Source: Candidatus Cryptobacteroides sp.
GTDB lineage: Bacteria > Bacteroidota > Bacteroidia > Bacteroidales > UBA932
Length of the DNA: 64,000 nt
Direction of reading: 5' to 3'
NCBI GenBank assembly: GCA_045646785.1
Contig: JAZRLI010000001.1
Coordinates: 9,933-73,932 of the forward strand
The number at the start of each line of letters is the position of its first letter. Within the stretch, counting starts at the first letter, position 1. The notes beneath the pieces are model-generated. The model saw only the letters and a list, made by a program, of their open reading frames with translations. It had not been told where the DNA came from and searched no databases. The translations under genes were made by a program, and so were the position numbers. Below, one piece after another: positions 55,081-64,000 of the stretch.

Positions 55081-56898
55081 ATGGTAAACAAATATTCAGA
55101 GAGGATCGACGCCCTCAGGGCAGTCATGGAAAGAAACGGCTGGGACGCCGTAGTGGTAAGCGGTTCAGACCCGCACAGCAGCGAGTACCCGGCACCTAGA
55201 TGGCAGCAGGTGAAGTGGCTCAGCGGATTTACCGGTGAGGCCGGAGACCTTGTCATAACCCGTGACCATGCCGGACTCTGGACGGATTCACGATATTTCA
55301 TCCAGGCCCTGACCCAACTGGAAGGCACAGGCGTCGAGCTCCACAAGACAAGGGTTCCGGGCGCAGTGGGCATCCCTCAGTGGCTTTCGGACAAGGCGAA
55401 GACAGTCGTAGTTGACGGCCTCTGCTGGAATGTCGATGCCGTAAAGGAGATCGCTGATACTCTTGGTAAAGGCGGTCTCGTGGTGGATGTTCCCGACATG
55501 CTTGAAGACCTTTGGGAAAACCGCCCGCAGATACCTGTGACCCCGATTACGACCCTCGACGTGGACACGTTCGGAGGAACTCCGCGCACGGAAAAGATAT
55601 CATGGCTCAGGAAATGGATGCTCCTGAAGGGAGTTGACCGCGTCCTGCTTTCGTCATTGGATGAGATCGCATGGATGCTGAATGTCAGAGGAAGCGACAT
55701 CGAGTACAACCCTCTGGTGATTTCATATCTGCTCATATCCCAGGACCGCGTGAAATGGTTCGTGAAGAAGGCGGTGGCCGAAGGCTGCGAAGACCCGGAT
55801 ACATTGGATAGCTTCAGTGAACTGGAGATGGAGGGAATCGAGGTCGAGGACTACGATGCAGTATTCTTTGCACTCTCGGACTTCAGCCAGGAACATTCCT
55901 CTGTGACCCTTTTCATCGATCCATCGACCCTGAACCACCATATACACACGTACATCCAGGACGCATACCCTGCAGAACTGGTTGTCTGCGGAACCTCCCC
56001 TGTGATCCTCGAGAAGGCCATAAAGACCCCTTCGGAGATCGAGAGCATGCGCCAGACCTACATCGATGACGGTGTTGCCATGGAATGCTTCCTGCACTGG
56101 CTTGAGACAGAGGTTGCGACAGGCAGGGAAGTCGACGAGTGGGAGGCGTCCGAAAGGCTCACGCAGTTCAGGGCGCAGATCCCGGGATATCGAGGCAACA
56201 GCTTCGAGAATATATCGGCATACGGTCCGGGTGCCGCCCTTCCGCATTATTCGACACCGCGCGAAGGCTCAGCCGTCATCCGTCCGTTCGGCCTGTATCT
56301 TGTTGATTCGGGCGGACAGTACCTCACAGGAACGACCGATATCACCCGAACAGTGCCGATGGGAGATTGCACGGACCTCGAAAAAGAGGACTACACCCTC
56401 GTCCTCAAGGGCATGATCGACCTTTCGATGGCAGTATTTCCGCGTGGAACTGCAGGATGCCAGATAGATTCCATCGCCCGAATGCCTCTATGGAAGAAGA
56501 TGAGGAATTTCGGACATGGCACCGGACATGGCATCGGATACTACCTCTGCGTCCACGAAGGGCCACAGTCCATCCGTTACCAGTACAACCCTCAGCCTCT
56601 GCTTCCGGGCATGGTGACCTCAAACGAACCGGCCCTCTACAGGGAAGGAATGCATGGAGTGAGACATGAGAACATAGTGCTGTGCCGTGAGGCCGGTATT
56701 TCGGAGTTCGGCGACTGGCTCGATTTTGAGACCCTCACCTGCTGCCACTTCGACACTTCTGCCGTAGTGCCGGAAATCCTTGGACCGGAAGCGCTCGAAT
56801 GGCTGAACGACTACAATGCATGGGTTTACAGGACTCTTGCGCCACTGCTCCCTGCAGACACGGCCGCATGGCTCCGCGACAAGACCATGCCTATATAA
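55081..56898 (+). CDS. Xaa-Pro aminopeptidase (M24B)
   Basis: DPHSSEY, DSRYF, DSGGQY..GTTDITRT, HGTGHGIG, HEGP, SNEP. Confidence 0.94.
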   Translation: MVNKYSERIDALRAVMERNGWDAVVVSGSDPHSSEYPAPRWQQVKWLSGFTGEAGDLVITRDHAGLWTDSRYFIQALTQLEGTGVELHKTRVPGAVGIPQWLSDKAKTVVVDGLCWNVDAVKEIADTLGKGGLVVDVPDMLEDLWENRPQIPVTPITTLDVDTFGGTPRTEKISWLRKWMLLKGVDRVLLSSLDEIAWMLNVRGSDIEYNPLVISYLLISQDRVKWFVKKAVAEGCEDPDTLDSFSELEMEGIEVEDYDAVFFALSDFSQEHSSVTLFIDPSTLNHHIHTYIQDAYPAELVVCGTSPVILEKAIKTPSEIESMRQTYIDDGVAMECFLHWLETEVATGREVDEWEASERLTQFRAQIPGYRGNSFENISAYGPGAALPHYSTPREGSAVIRPFGLYLVDSGGQYLTGTTDITRTVPMGDCTDLEKEDYTLVLKGMIDLSMAVFPRGTAGCQIDSIARMPLWKKMRNFGHGTGHGIGYYLCVHEGPQSIRYQYNPQPLLPGMVTSNEPALYREGMHGVRHENIVLCREAGISEFGDWLDFETLTCCHFDTSAVVPEILGPEALEWLNDYNAWVYRTLAPLLPADTAAWLRDKTMPI

Positions 56899-56908
56899 AT
56901 AAGGAAAA

Positions 56909-57889
56909 ATGAAAAGAAATCTTTTGCTGATTATCGGAGTGTTCATCGGAGTGCTGGTGATCCTCCTCCTTGGAAACGTCATCACAGTCGGCGAAAAACT
57001 CGGCGAAATCTGTCATACCGTATATGCCGAGTACGCCTTCTATGCCCTTGTGTCCATCCTGGTGCTGGCTTTTGTGATCGTTCCTATAATAAAGGTCCAT
57101 GCCGCTCCGGAGTTCCCTGCCCTCGGAATGGGGGACGAGACTTCCGACCTCAAGAAACTGAACTCATTCGGCAGGAAGCTCGTTTCGAACTGCGGATACA
57201 TCGAGGATGCGGAACAGCGTGCTAAGCATCAGGAAGCCCTTCGAGCTGAACTGAAGGCATGTGCCGAGGATATGGAAGGACTGAAGGCCATCATCGACAG
57301 GGAGGTGGCTCTCCGCTTCGACGGCAGCAAGGAAATGGGCATACAGGGAGTGAACGCCAAGATGAAGGAATGGGCAAAGTCCGTATTCATGATAACTGCG
57401 GTCTCGCAGAACAACCTCGTCGATACGACCGTGGTGCTCGTGATGAACTACAGGCAGATCGAGGACCTCGTCCTTGCGACCGGTTTCCGTCCTACCAGGG
57501 CCCAGATGTTCCGTATCTATGTAAACATTCTTACCACGACCCTCATTTCATACTGTACTTCCGAGGTGCTTTCCGACCTTGCCGGAGAGACGACCCTTAC
57601 CGGCGCCATGGCAAATCTGAAGATTCCGGGTGTCATAACCGAATCGGCCATCCAGGGTGCCGTAAATGCCCTTCTGACCCTCAGGATCGGCTATGTGACC
57701 AAGACATTCCTGATGGAAGGACCGGATGCACTTGCCGGCAGGACCAGACGTCGTGAGGTTTCGATCAAGGCCTTCAAGGATGCTTTTGTTGCGATTCCGG
57801 GTGTGCTTGCAGGTACTGTCGGTGCAATGGGTAAGGGTATTCTGGGGTTCTTCAAGGGTCGCAGGACTGCTTCAGATATTACAGAATAG
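56909..57889 (+). CDS. YcjF/DUF697 family membrane protein
   Basis: TAVSQN..VD, GFRP, QGAVNALLTLRIG; N-terminal TM helices. Confidence 0.75.
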   Translation: MKRNLLLIIGVFIGVLVILLLGNVITVGEKLGEICHTVYAEYAFYALVSILVLAFVIVPIIKVHAAPEFPALGMGDETSDLKKLNSFGRKLVSNCGYIEDAEQRAKHQEALRAELKACAEDMEGLKAIIDREVALRFDGSKEMGIQGVNAKMKEWAKSVFMITAVSQNNLVDTTVVLVMNYRQIEDLVLATGFRPTRAQMFRIYVNILTTTLISYCTSEVLSDLAGETTLTGAMANLKIPGVITESAIQGAVNALLTLRIGYVTKTFLMEGPDALAGRTRRREVSIKAFKDAFVAIPGVLAGTVGAMGKGILGFFKGRRTASDITE

Positions 57890-57902
57890 ACGTTACATAA
57901 AT

Positions 57903-57979
57903 ACGAAATCCCCCGGATATGGGTCGCTTCGCTGAAGTATGGGAATATGCTTCGCTCGCCCATATCCGGGGGATTCCGT
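57903..57979. repeat. REP-like palindrome between convergent genes
   Basis: Perfect 17-bp arms AATCCCCCGGATATGGG (57907-57923)/57959-57975 enclosing two GCTTCGCT direct repeats. Confidence 0.8.
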
Positions 57980-57996
57980 TTGCTGCCAGACATTGT

Positions 57997-58027
57997 AAAA
58001 AAAAGGCTGACCGGAAGGGTCAGCCTT
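57997..58027 (-). terminator. Intrinsic terminator of sdhC
   Basis: AAGGCTGACC-GGAAG-GGTCAGCCTT with an A8 run on the left (U-tail on the minus strand). Confidence 0.8.
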
Positions 58028-58050
58028 ATGCTTATATGTCAGCAATGTGA

Positions 58051-58734
58051 TTATGCGAGAATGCCGTTTGCGTGGAGGCAAGCGTTGATTGCAACTGCAG
58101 AGAAGCCGAGAACGATCACTGCTACGACAGCGTAGCCGATGTAAAGGAGTCTCTTCTCCCAGTTCTTGTTGCTGAGACCCATGCTCTGGAATGCGCTCCA
58201 GAAGCCGTGGCAGAGGTGAAGGCCGAGGGCTACGAACCATACGAGGTAAACAACCACCCAGATCCAGTTGCCGAATGTTGCGTTGAGGAGGTCATATGGG
58301 CTTGCTGCGTGATGTCCCTGCCACTCAGCGAGCTGCATGTCAGCCCAGAAGTGGTTGAGGTGGAAAGCAACGATACCGAGAACAACTACTCCGAGAACGA
58401 GCATGTTCTTTGCTGCCCATGACTCAGCCTTTGTCTTGTTTGCAACAGCGTAACGCTCAGTACCGCGAGCCTTGAAGTTGCCGTAAGAAAGGATGAATGC
58501 ATAAACGATGTGTACGATGAAGCCTGCAGCGAGTACAGGGACCATGATTGTGATGATAGGGAGTGCCATGAAATCACAACCTGCCTGGAAAAGACCGTCA
58601 GCGGCTCCGTACTTTCCTGTGCATGTGTCAATCACTGAGAAGAAGTTGATTGTCATGTGAAGAAGCATGAAGACGATGAGGAACAGTCCGCTTATACTCA
58701 TGATAAGCTTCTTGGTAATTGATGAAAGTGCCAT
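58051..58734 (-). CDS. sdhC: Succinate dehydrogenase/fumarate reductase cytochrome b subunit
   Basis: SSITKKLIMSISGLFL, heme His ligands (LLHM, VHI, FHL, LHLCHGFWSAFQS); five TM helices. Confidence 0.92.
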   Translation of the reverse strand: MALSSITKKLIMSISGLFLIVFMLLHMTINFFSVIDTCTGKYGAADGLFQAGCDFMALPIITIMVPVLAAGFIVHIVYAFILSYGNFKARGTERYAVANKTKAESWAAKNMLVLGVVVLGIVAFHLNHFWADMQLAEWQGHHAASPYDLLNATFGNWIWVVVYLVWFVALGLHLCHGFWSAFQSMGLSNKNWEKRLLYIGYAVVAVIVLGFSAVAINACLHANGILA

Positions 58735-58867
58735 AATAGTTTTATAATCTGTTTTAGTTAATATCAGTCAGAATAAGCCATAAAGCCATGCAAAGATATA
58801 TTCTTTCTTGGAAGTTTCATAATAATTCGATACTTTTGTTTGTTGTAAAACATGAAACATTACACTT

Positions 58868-59578
58868 ATGGGAGCATATAGACGCGTTCTTTTGAAATTG
58901 AGCGGCGAGAGCCTTGGAGGCCCTGCCGGCAAAGGTATTGACGAGAACTGGCTTGCCGCTTATGCGGAAGAGGTCGCTGAGGCGGTGAAGAACGGCCTTC
59001 AGGTGGCTATCGTCATCGGTGGAGGAAATATTTTCCGTGGTCTTCAGGGCGTAGGAAAAGGTTTTGACAGGGTGAACGGTGACAAGATGGGTATGCTTGC
59101 CACAGTGATCAACTCTCTCGGTCTTGCAATGGCCATCAGAAGCGCAGGCGTCGAGGCGGAGGTCTTCACAGCCACCCCTATGATGCCGGTTGCACGCTAC
59201 TACATGAGGGACGATGCCGTAGCCGTGATGGAGAAGGGCGGAGTTGCCCTTATCGCCGGCGGTACAGGTAACCCTTACTTCACCACAGACTCGGGCGCTG
59301 CTCTCCGTGCTCTTGAAATCGGAGCGGATGCTCTCCTCAAGGGTACTCGAGTTGACGGAGTCTATACGGCGGACCCTGAGAAGGACCCTACAGCCGTGAA
59401 GTACGAGGAACTCTCTTTCGACAAGGCCATCGAAGACCGTCTCAAGGTGATGGACCAGACAGCGTTCGCACTCTGCCGTGAGGGCAACATGCCTATCATC
59501 GTGTTCGACATGAACCAGAAGGGCAACCTTACAAAGCTTGTGAAGGGCGAGAAGGTGGGCACGCTCGTGCATGTTTAA
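58868..59578 (+). CDS. pyrH: UMP kinase
   Basis: VLLKLSGE, GGGNIFRG, DKMGMLAT, GNPYFTTD. Confidence 0.97.
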   Translation: MGAYRRVLLKLSGESLGGPAGKGIDENWLAAYAEEVAEAVKNGLQVAIVIGGGNIFRGLQGVGKGFDRVNGDKMGMLATVINSLGLAMAIRSAGVEAEVFTATPMMPVARYYMRDDAVAVMEKGGVALIAGGTGNPYFTTDSGAALRALEIGADALLKGTRVDGVYTADPEKDPTAVKYEELSFDKAIEDRLKVMDQTAFALCREGNMPIIVFDMNQKGNLTKLVKGEKVGTLVHV

Positions 59579-59606
59579 TGAATGATCAAATAAAGTATAT
59601 ACCACT

Positions 59607-60170
59607 ATGATTACTAGAGCAAAAGAAATTCTGGCAGGTGCAAAGGACAAGATGTCGCATGCTGTCGCACACCTCGACGAGGAACTCAAGACATATCGCG
59701 CGGGTAAGGCTAATCCGCTTGTATTCAACAATGTGATGGTTGACTACTATGGCAGCCCTACACCTGTACCGCAGGTTGCATCTGTAACTACTCCTGATGC
59801 AAAGACACTCATGCTCCAGCCATGGGAGAAGAAGATGATCCCTGTGATCGAGAAGGCTATCCTCGATGCAAACATCGGCCTTACTCCGTCAAACAACGGT
59901 GAGAGCATCCGCTGTACAGTTCCGCCTCTTACTGAGGACCGTCGTAAGGAACTTCTCAAGAAGGCAAAGGGCGCTGGCGAGAACGCAAAGGTAAGCGTAC
60001 GTAACGCACGTCGCGACGCTATCGAGCTTCTCAAGAAGGCAAACAAGGAGGGTATGCCTGAGGATCTCCAGAAGGAGTACGAGCAGCTTATCCAGAAGGA
60101 GACTGACGCTTTCACAAAGAAGGTTGACGAGCTCGTTGTGGCTAAGGAGAAGGAAATGATGACAGTCTAA
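59607..60170 (+). CDS. frr: Ribosome recycling factor
   Basis: RAGKA, VDYYG, PPLTEDRRKEL, VRNARRD. Confidence 0.97.
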   Translation: MITRAKEILAGAKDKMSHAVAHLDEELKTYRAGKANPLVFNNVMVDYYGSPTPVPQVASVTTPDAKTLMLQPWEKKMIPVIEKAILDANIGLTPSNNGESIRCTVPPLTEDRRKELLKKAKGAGENAKVSVRNARRDAIELLKKANKEGMPEDLQKEYEQLIQKETDAFTKKVDELVVAKEKEMMTV

Positions 60171-60197
60171 GGAATATTTTCTATATTTGTGTCCGTT

Positions 60198-60260
60198 ATG
60201 GGAAATTATCGATTTGACAGCTTCGGTTATTATTATTCCTATTTCCAGAAAAGGGGATAG
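60198..60260 (+). CDS. Tyr/Phe-rich attenuator leader peptide MGNYRFDSFGYYYSYFQKRG
   Basis: 20 codons (5 Tyr, 3 Phe), 8 bp after the TATATTTG promoter element (60182-60189), upstream of tyrA. Confidence 0.85.
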   Translation: MGNYRFDSFGYYYSYFQKRG

Positions 60261-60332
60261 GCCGGAAGCTGTGCGTCGAATGATATAGATCTTAATTCGT
60301 GCTGTCCGGTATCTGCCGGACAGCATTTTTTT
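60217..60332 (+). promoter_or_regulatory. Transcription attenuator (1:2, 2:3, 3:4 helices)
   Basis: 1 ACAGCTTCGG 60217-60226; 2 GCCGGAAGCTGT 60261-60272; terminator TGCTGTCCGG 60300-60309/CCGGACAGCA 60316-60325 + T7. Confidence 0.85.
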
Positions 60333-60346
60333 AGGAATATGCAGAT

Positions 60347-61213
60347 ATGAAGAATATTGGAATCATAGGCCTCGGACTCATTGGAGGCTCGATGGCGATT
60401 GACTTGAGGAGAAAGGGGTATGCTTCCAGGATTGTGGGAGTCGAGAGCGATCCTGTGAATGCTTCGGCGGCGGAGCGCATAGGGTTGGTCGATGAGGTTA
60501 CATCCCTTGAGGAGTGTGTAAGACAGAGCGATGTGGTGATAGTTTCGGTCCCTGTAGGTGCGGCGATCAGGATCGTTCCTCAGGTGCTGGATGTGATGGC
60601 TCAGATGTATCCCCAGGGCGGATGCGAGAAGGTACTGATGGACGTGTGTTCGACGAAGGAGAGTCTTGCGGAAGCGGTGAAGTACCATCCTATGCGCAAG
60701 TGCTATGTGGCTTCGCATCCGATGTCCGGTACGGAGTACAGCGGCCCGTGGGCTGCACTGCCGGGCCTTTTTGACGGACGCGCGTGCATCATCTGCGATT
60801 TTCAGGAGTCCCTGCCTTCGGCGGTGAGGACGGTTGAGGAGATCTACGGCGTGCTGAACATGAGGGTGGTGCATATGAATTCATCAAGCCATGATGTCCA
60901 TACCGCGTACGTTTCTCATTTCTCGCATGTGATTTCATTTGCATTGGCTTTGACAGTGCTTGAGAAGGAGAAGGACGAGAAGCATATCTTCGATCTGGCA
61001 TCGGGAGGTTTCTCGTCGACCGTGCGTCTTGCAAAGAGCAGCGCGGACATGTGGACTCCGATCCTCCTGCAGAACAGGAAGAACGTGCTTCATGTGATGG
61101 ATACATACACCGGCATGCTGGAGGCGTTCCGAAAGGCGATCGACGAATCCGACGAGGAATCGCTCAGGAGACTCATCCAGGATGCGAACAAGATCAGAAG
61201 AATAATAAGATAA
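60347..61213 (+). CDS. tyrA: Prephenate dehydrogenase
   Basis: GLGLIGGS, DVCSTK, HPMSGTE, HD..TAYVSHFSH, GGFSSTVRLA. Confidence 0.93.
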   Translation: MKNIGIIGLGLIGGSMAIDLRRKGYASRIVGVESDPVNASAAERIGLVDEVTSLEECVRQSDVVIVSVPVGAAIRIVPQVLDVMAQMYPQGGCEKVLMDVCSTKESLAEAVKYHPMRKCYVASHPMSGTEYSGPWAALPGLFDGRACIICDFQESLPSAVRTVEEIYGVLNMRVVHMNSSSHDVHTAYVSHFSHVISFALALTVLEKEKDEKHIFDLASGGFSSTVRLAKSSADMWTPILLQNRKNVLHVMDTYTGMLEAFRKAIDESDEESLRRLIQDANKIRRIIR

Positions 61214-61225
61214 ATCCAGATATTT

Positions 61226-62326
61226 ATGGCTAACAAGAAGTTGGATATCATACCGTTGTATGATTGGGGAATGTTTACCGACCCTCGTCCGAGCGTGGTT
61301 GCAGGACCATGCAGCGCCGAGTCGGAAGAGCAGCTTATGGAGACGGCAAAAGGTCTCAGGGAATTGGGAATCAATGTGTTCCGCGCTGGTATATGGAAGC
61401 CGAGGACACATCCGGGATGCTTCGAGGGCGTGGGTGTTCCCGGACTCGAGTGGCTCCAGAAGGTGAAGAGGGAGACCGGTCTCAAGGTTGCTACCGAGGT
61501 GGCCAGCGAAAGACATGTGTATGAGTGTCTGAAGTACGGAGTGGACCTGGTGTGGATCGGAGCGAGGACAACTGCCAATCCTTTCCTTGTGCAGGAGATT
61601 GCGGATGCACTCAAGGGAACCGACATCCCGGTGCTGGTAAAGAACCCTGTAAGCCCTGACATCGAACTTTGGATCGGTGCCCTCGAGCGTCTGAACCGTG
61701 CGGGGGTCAGGAAGCTTGGAGTGATCCACAGGGGATTCTCAACATTCGACAAGATCAAGTACCGTAATGACCCTCATTGGGACATTGCGATCGATTTGCG
61801 AAGCAGTTTCCCGGAACTTCCGTTCTTCGTGGACCCAAGCCACATGGGTGGAAGCCGCGACTATCTTCTCGAGATATCGCAGCGTTCGCTCGACCTTGGA
61901 TTCGAAGGCCTCATGATCGAGGCCCACAACAATCCTGAGGTTGCGCTCAGCGACTCGAAGCAGCAGCTTACTCCTGACGGACTGAAAGACCTTCTGCACA
62001 ATCAGATCGTCGTAAGGGATGCGGATTCAGATGCGAAGGAATGGAGGGAGAACATCGACCAGCTCCGTGCGAAGATCGATGTTATCGACGAGAATATCCT
62101 CTATGCCCTCGGTTCCAGAGTGAAGATCAGCAGGCAGATCGGAGAATACAAGAAGAACAACAATATCGCCATCGTACAGGCGTCACGTTGGGATTCCCTC
62201 CTTGCCAAGGTTGTGGAAAGGGGAAAGGAATACGGCCTGTCGGAGAAGCTTCTGACAGACGTGTTCAATGCAATCCACGAGGCATCCGTGGAAATCCAGA
62301 ACGAAATTATTTCAGATAGGAATTAA
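61226..62326 (+). CDS. Bifunctional DAHP synthase-like/chorismate mutase type II
   Basis: AGPCSAES, WKPRT, WIGART, DPSH; C-terminal AroQ domain LRAKIDVID...IHEASV. Confidence 0.93.
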   Translation: MANKKLDIIPLYDWGMFTDPRPSVVAGPCSAESEEQLMETAKGLRELGINVFRAGIWKPRTHPGCFEGVGVPGLEWLQKVKRETGLKVATEVASERHVYECLKYGVDLVWIGARTTANPFLVQEIADALKGTDIPVLVKNPVSPDIELWIGALERLNRAGVRKLGVIHRGFSTFDKIKYRNDPHWDIAIDLRSSFPELPFFVDPSHMGGSRDYLLEISQRSLDLGFEGLMIEAHNNPEVALSDSKQQLTPDGLKDLLHNQIVVRDADSDAKEWRENIDQLRAKIDVIDENILYALGSRVKISRQIGEYKKNNNIAIVQASRWDSLLAKVVERGKEYGLSEKLLTDVFNAIHEASVEIQNEIISDRN

Positions 62327-63395
62327 GTACTGTCGAGAAGGTCTCCTGCTCCTCTTCCGAGAAGAAGTTGACCTTGATCGGAGCATAGAACATACGTTGC
62401 TTAAGGTTGTCAGGGATTATCTTGCAGTCGCGGATTCTCTGGCAATCTTTTTCTGTTGTCATCACCACCGATGTCGGGAAGGCGCGTGAAGCGTTGTAGA
62501 TGGATGTGATGTCCGACTTGCTGAAGCTGTGGTGGTCAGGGAAGTCGAAATGTCTCACGATCTTGTATGTGCCGCTGAGGTAGTTGCGGAGCGGCTTGTC
62601 GTTGGCGATGCCGGAGAAGAGGATGAGCCTCTGGGTGTAGAGGTAGCGTGGGTCACCTTCAGGGAAGACCGCCTGCGACTGGTCGTAGCCGATGGTGGTG
62701 AAGAAAAGGTGCTGGTCCTTCCTTATCTTGAGGGCTTCTGTCCATTTGCTCCTTTCCCATGCATCGAGATATGTCGGGCATTTCGAGACTATGATGATGT
62801 CGGCCTTGGCGATGCGCTCAGGAAGGTCCCTGAGCCTGCCCATAGGCATGAGATGGTCCTTGAATGTAGGGCGGCTGTAGTCCACGAGGACGATGGAAAC
62901 AGAAGGCTTGAGGGCCCTGTGCTGGAATGCGTCGTCGAGGATTATGAGGTCGGCCTTCTGGAAGTCCTTGTGGAGGCACTTCCTTGCCTTCTTGGATGTC
63001 TGTACCTTTTCCGGATTGCAGAGGAAGTCGCATCCCTCCTTCCTTGACTTGTCCACAGCCACGGTCACGAACGGGAACTTCCTCTTTATCTGGAGCGGTT
63101 CGTCTCCGAATTCTCTGGCGGTGCCGTCTGCAACCACCTGCTGGAATCCCCTGGTCCTGCGCTTGTAGCCTCTTGAAAGTACGGCGATATTCCTTGCTCC
63201 CCACTCCACGTCCTTTGTAAGGGTCCTGATCAGCATCTCCGTATGCGGAGTCTTTCCGGTACCGCCCACGGTGAGGTTGCCCACGCAGATGGTAGGAACC
63301 TCCGCGCCTGCGGACTTCTTCATTCCGTGGTCATACATGAAGTGTCTGGCCTTGAGTGCAAGCCAGTATGGAAATAGCAATATCTTATCTATCAT
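62307..63395 (-). CDS. lpxK: Tetraacyldisaccharide 4'-kinase
   Basis: VGNLTVGGTGKTP, LSRGY, GDEP, LDDAFQHR, FPDHH, TTEKD. Confidence 0.95.
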   Translation of the reverse strand: MIDKILLFPYWLALKARHFMYDHGMKKSAGAEVPTICVGNLTVGGTGKTPHTEMLIRTLTKDVEWGARNIAVLSRGYKRRTRGFQQVVADGTAREFGDEPLQIKRKFPFVTVAVDKSRKEGCDFLCNPEKVQTSKKARKCLHKDFQKADLIILDDAFQHRALKPSVSIVLVDYSRPTFKDHLMPMGRLRDLPERIAKADIIIVSKCPTYLDAWERSKWTEALKIRKDQHLFFTTIGYDQSQAVFPEGDPRYLYTQRLILFSGIANDKPLRNYLSGTYKIVRHFDFPDHHSFSKSDITSIYNASRAFPTSVVMTTEKDCQRIRDCKIIPDNLKQRMFYAPIKVNFFSEEEQETFSTVLNSYLK

Positions 63396-64000
63396 ACATT
63401 ATATATATTAGAGGCCTCAGGGGCTTCCTCTCCGCCCCATCTTTCCGAAATCGAATCCAGGGTGCTGAAAAGTTCCTCCGGATCGTTGATCGTAACGAGC
63501 TTCAGTCGGGTCTCCTTGAAGTCGTGGAGTCCCTTGAAGTAACATGAAAGGTGTCTGCGCATCTCGAGGATTCCGACCCTGTCGCCCTTTATCTCGATGG
63601 ATTTCGCGAGATGTCTCTTCGCCAGGGCAACCCTGTCGTTCACGCTCATCTGCGGAAGCAGTTCGCCTGTCTGCAGGTAGTGCTTGATCTCCTTGAATAT
63701 CCATGGGTGGCCGTAGGTGGCACGTCCGATCATGATGGCGTCGACTCCGTAGCGGTCGAAATACTCCTTTGCCTTCTGCGGCGAGTTGATGTCGCCGTTA
63801 CCTATTATAGGAATATGCATGCGCGGGTTTTCCTTGACCTTTCCGATGAGGGTCCAGTCGGCCTCGCCCGAGTACATCTGGCAGCGTGTGCGTCCGTGGA
63901 TGGTAAGGGCCTGGATGCCGACATCCTGCAGCCTTTCCGCGAGTTCCACGATGATCTTCGAGTCTTCGTCCCATCCCAGGCGGGTCTTCACGGTCACCGG
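63392..64000 (-). CDS. dusB: tRNA dihydrouridine synthase (5' end outside window)
   Basis: PVTVKTRLGWD, TIHGRTR, IGNGDI, MIGRA. Confidence 0.92.
   Translation of the reverse strand, partial: PVTVKTRLGWDEDSKIIVELAERLQDVGIQALTIHGRTRCQMYSGEADWTLIGKVKENPRMHIPIIGNGDINSPQKAKEYFDRYGVDAIMIGRATYGHPWIFKEIKHYLQTGELLPQMSVNDRVALAKRHLAKSIEIKGDRVGILEMRRHLSCYFKGLHDFKETRLKLVTINDPEELFSTLDSISERWGGEEAPEASNIYNV

Overview
Chromosomal segment of a Bacteroidales bacterium (TAnnTTTG promoters, Bacteroidota-type gene order, moderately GC-rich coding DNA). It is mostly housekeeping: sigma54 activator-lptE-secG, clpB, S46/C69 peptidases, pheS, tRNA-Gly, tRNA-Leu, fabG, ahcY, mreBCD-mrdA-rodA, ispD, asnC, topA, PBP1A-ddl-prmC, rlhA, hemW, aminopeptidase P, sdhC, pyrH-frr, tyrA-DAHP synthase/chorismate mutase, lpxK and dusB. 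An accessory surface-protein region spans about 14-26.5 kb. The most striking signals are: (1) a 3-kb integrase-less islet behind tRNA-Leu(UAA) whose distal tRNA duplicate starts exactly at the anticodon U^AA position and is preceded by the 3' catalytic half of an IC3-like group I intron ending in omega-G, while the functional tRNA is intron-less; (2) a family of 114-136 bp palindromic elements with a shared two-hairpin core but unrelated terminal inverted repeats, one inserted in frame (38 codons) inside prmC; (3) a complete Tyr/Phe leader-peptide attenuator upstream of tyrA; (4) a 4 x 51 bp phased palindromic array; (5) an in-frame opal codon splitting a fimbrillin/FISUMP gene; (6) a YhcG nuclease gene flanked by a duplicated 3' end of rlhA. 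All calls come from reading the sequence and translations; no database searches were run.
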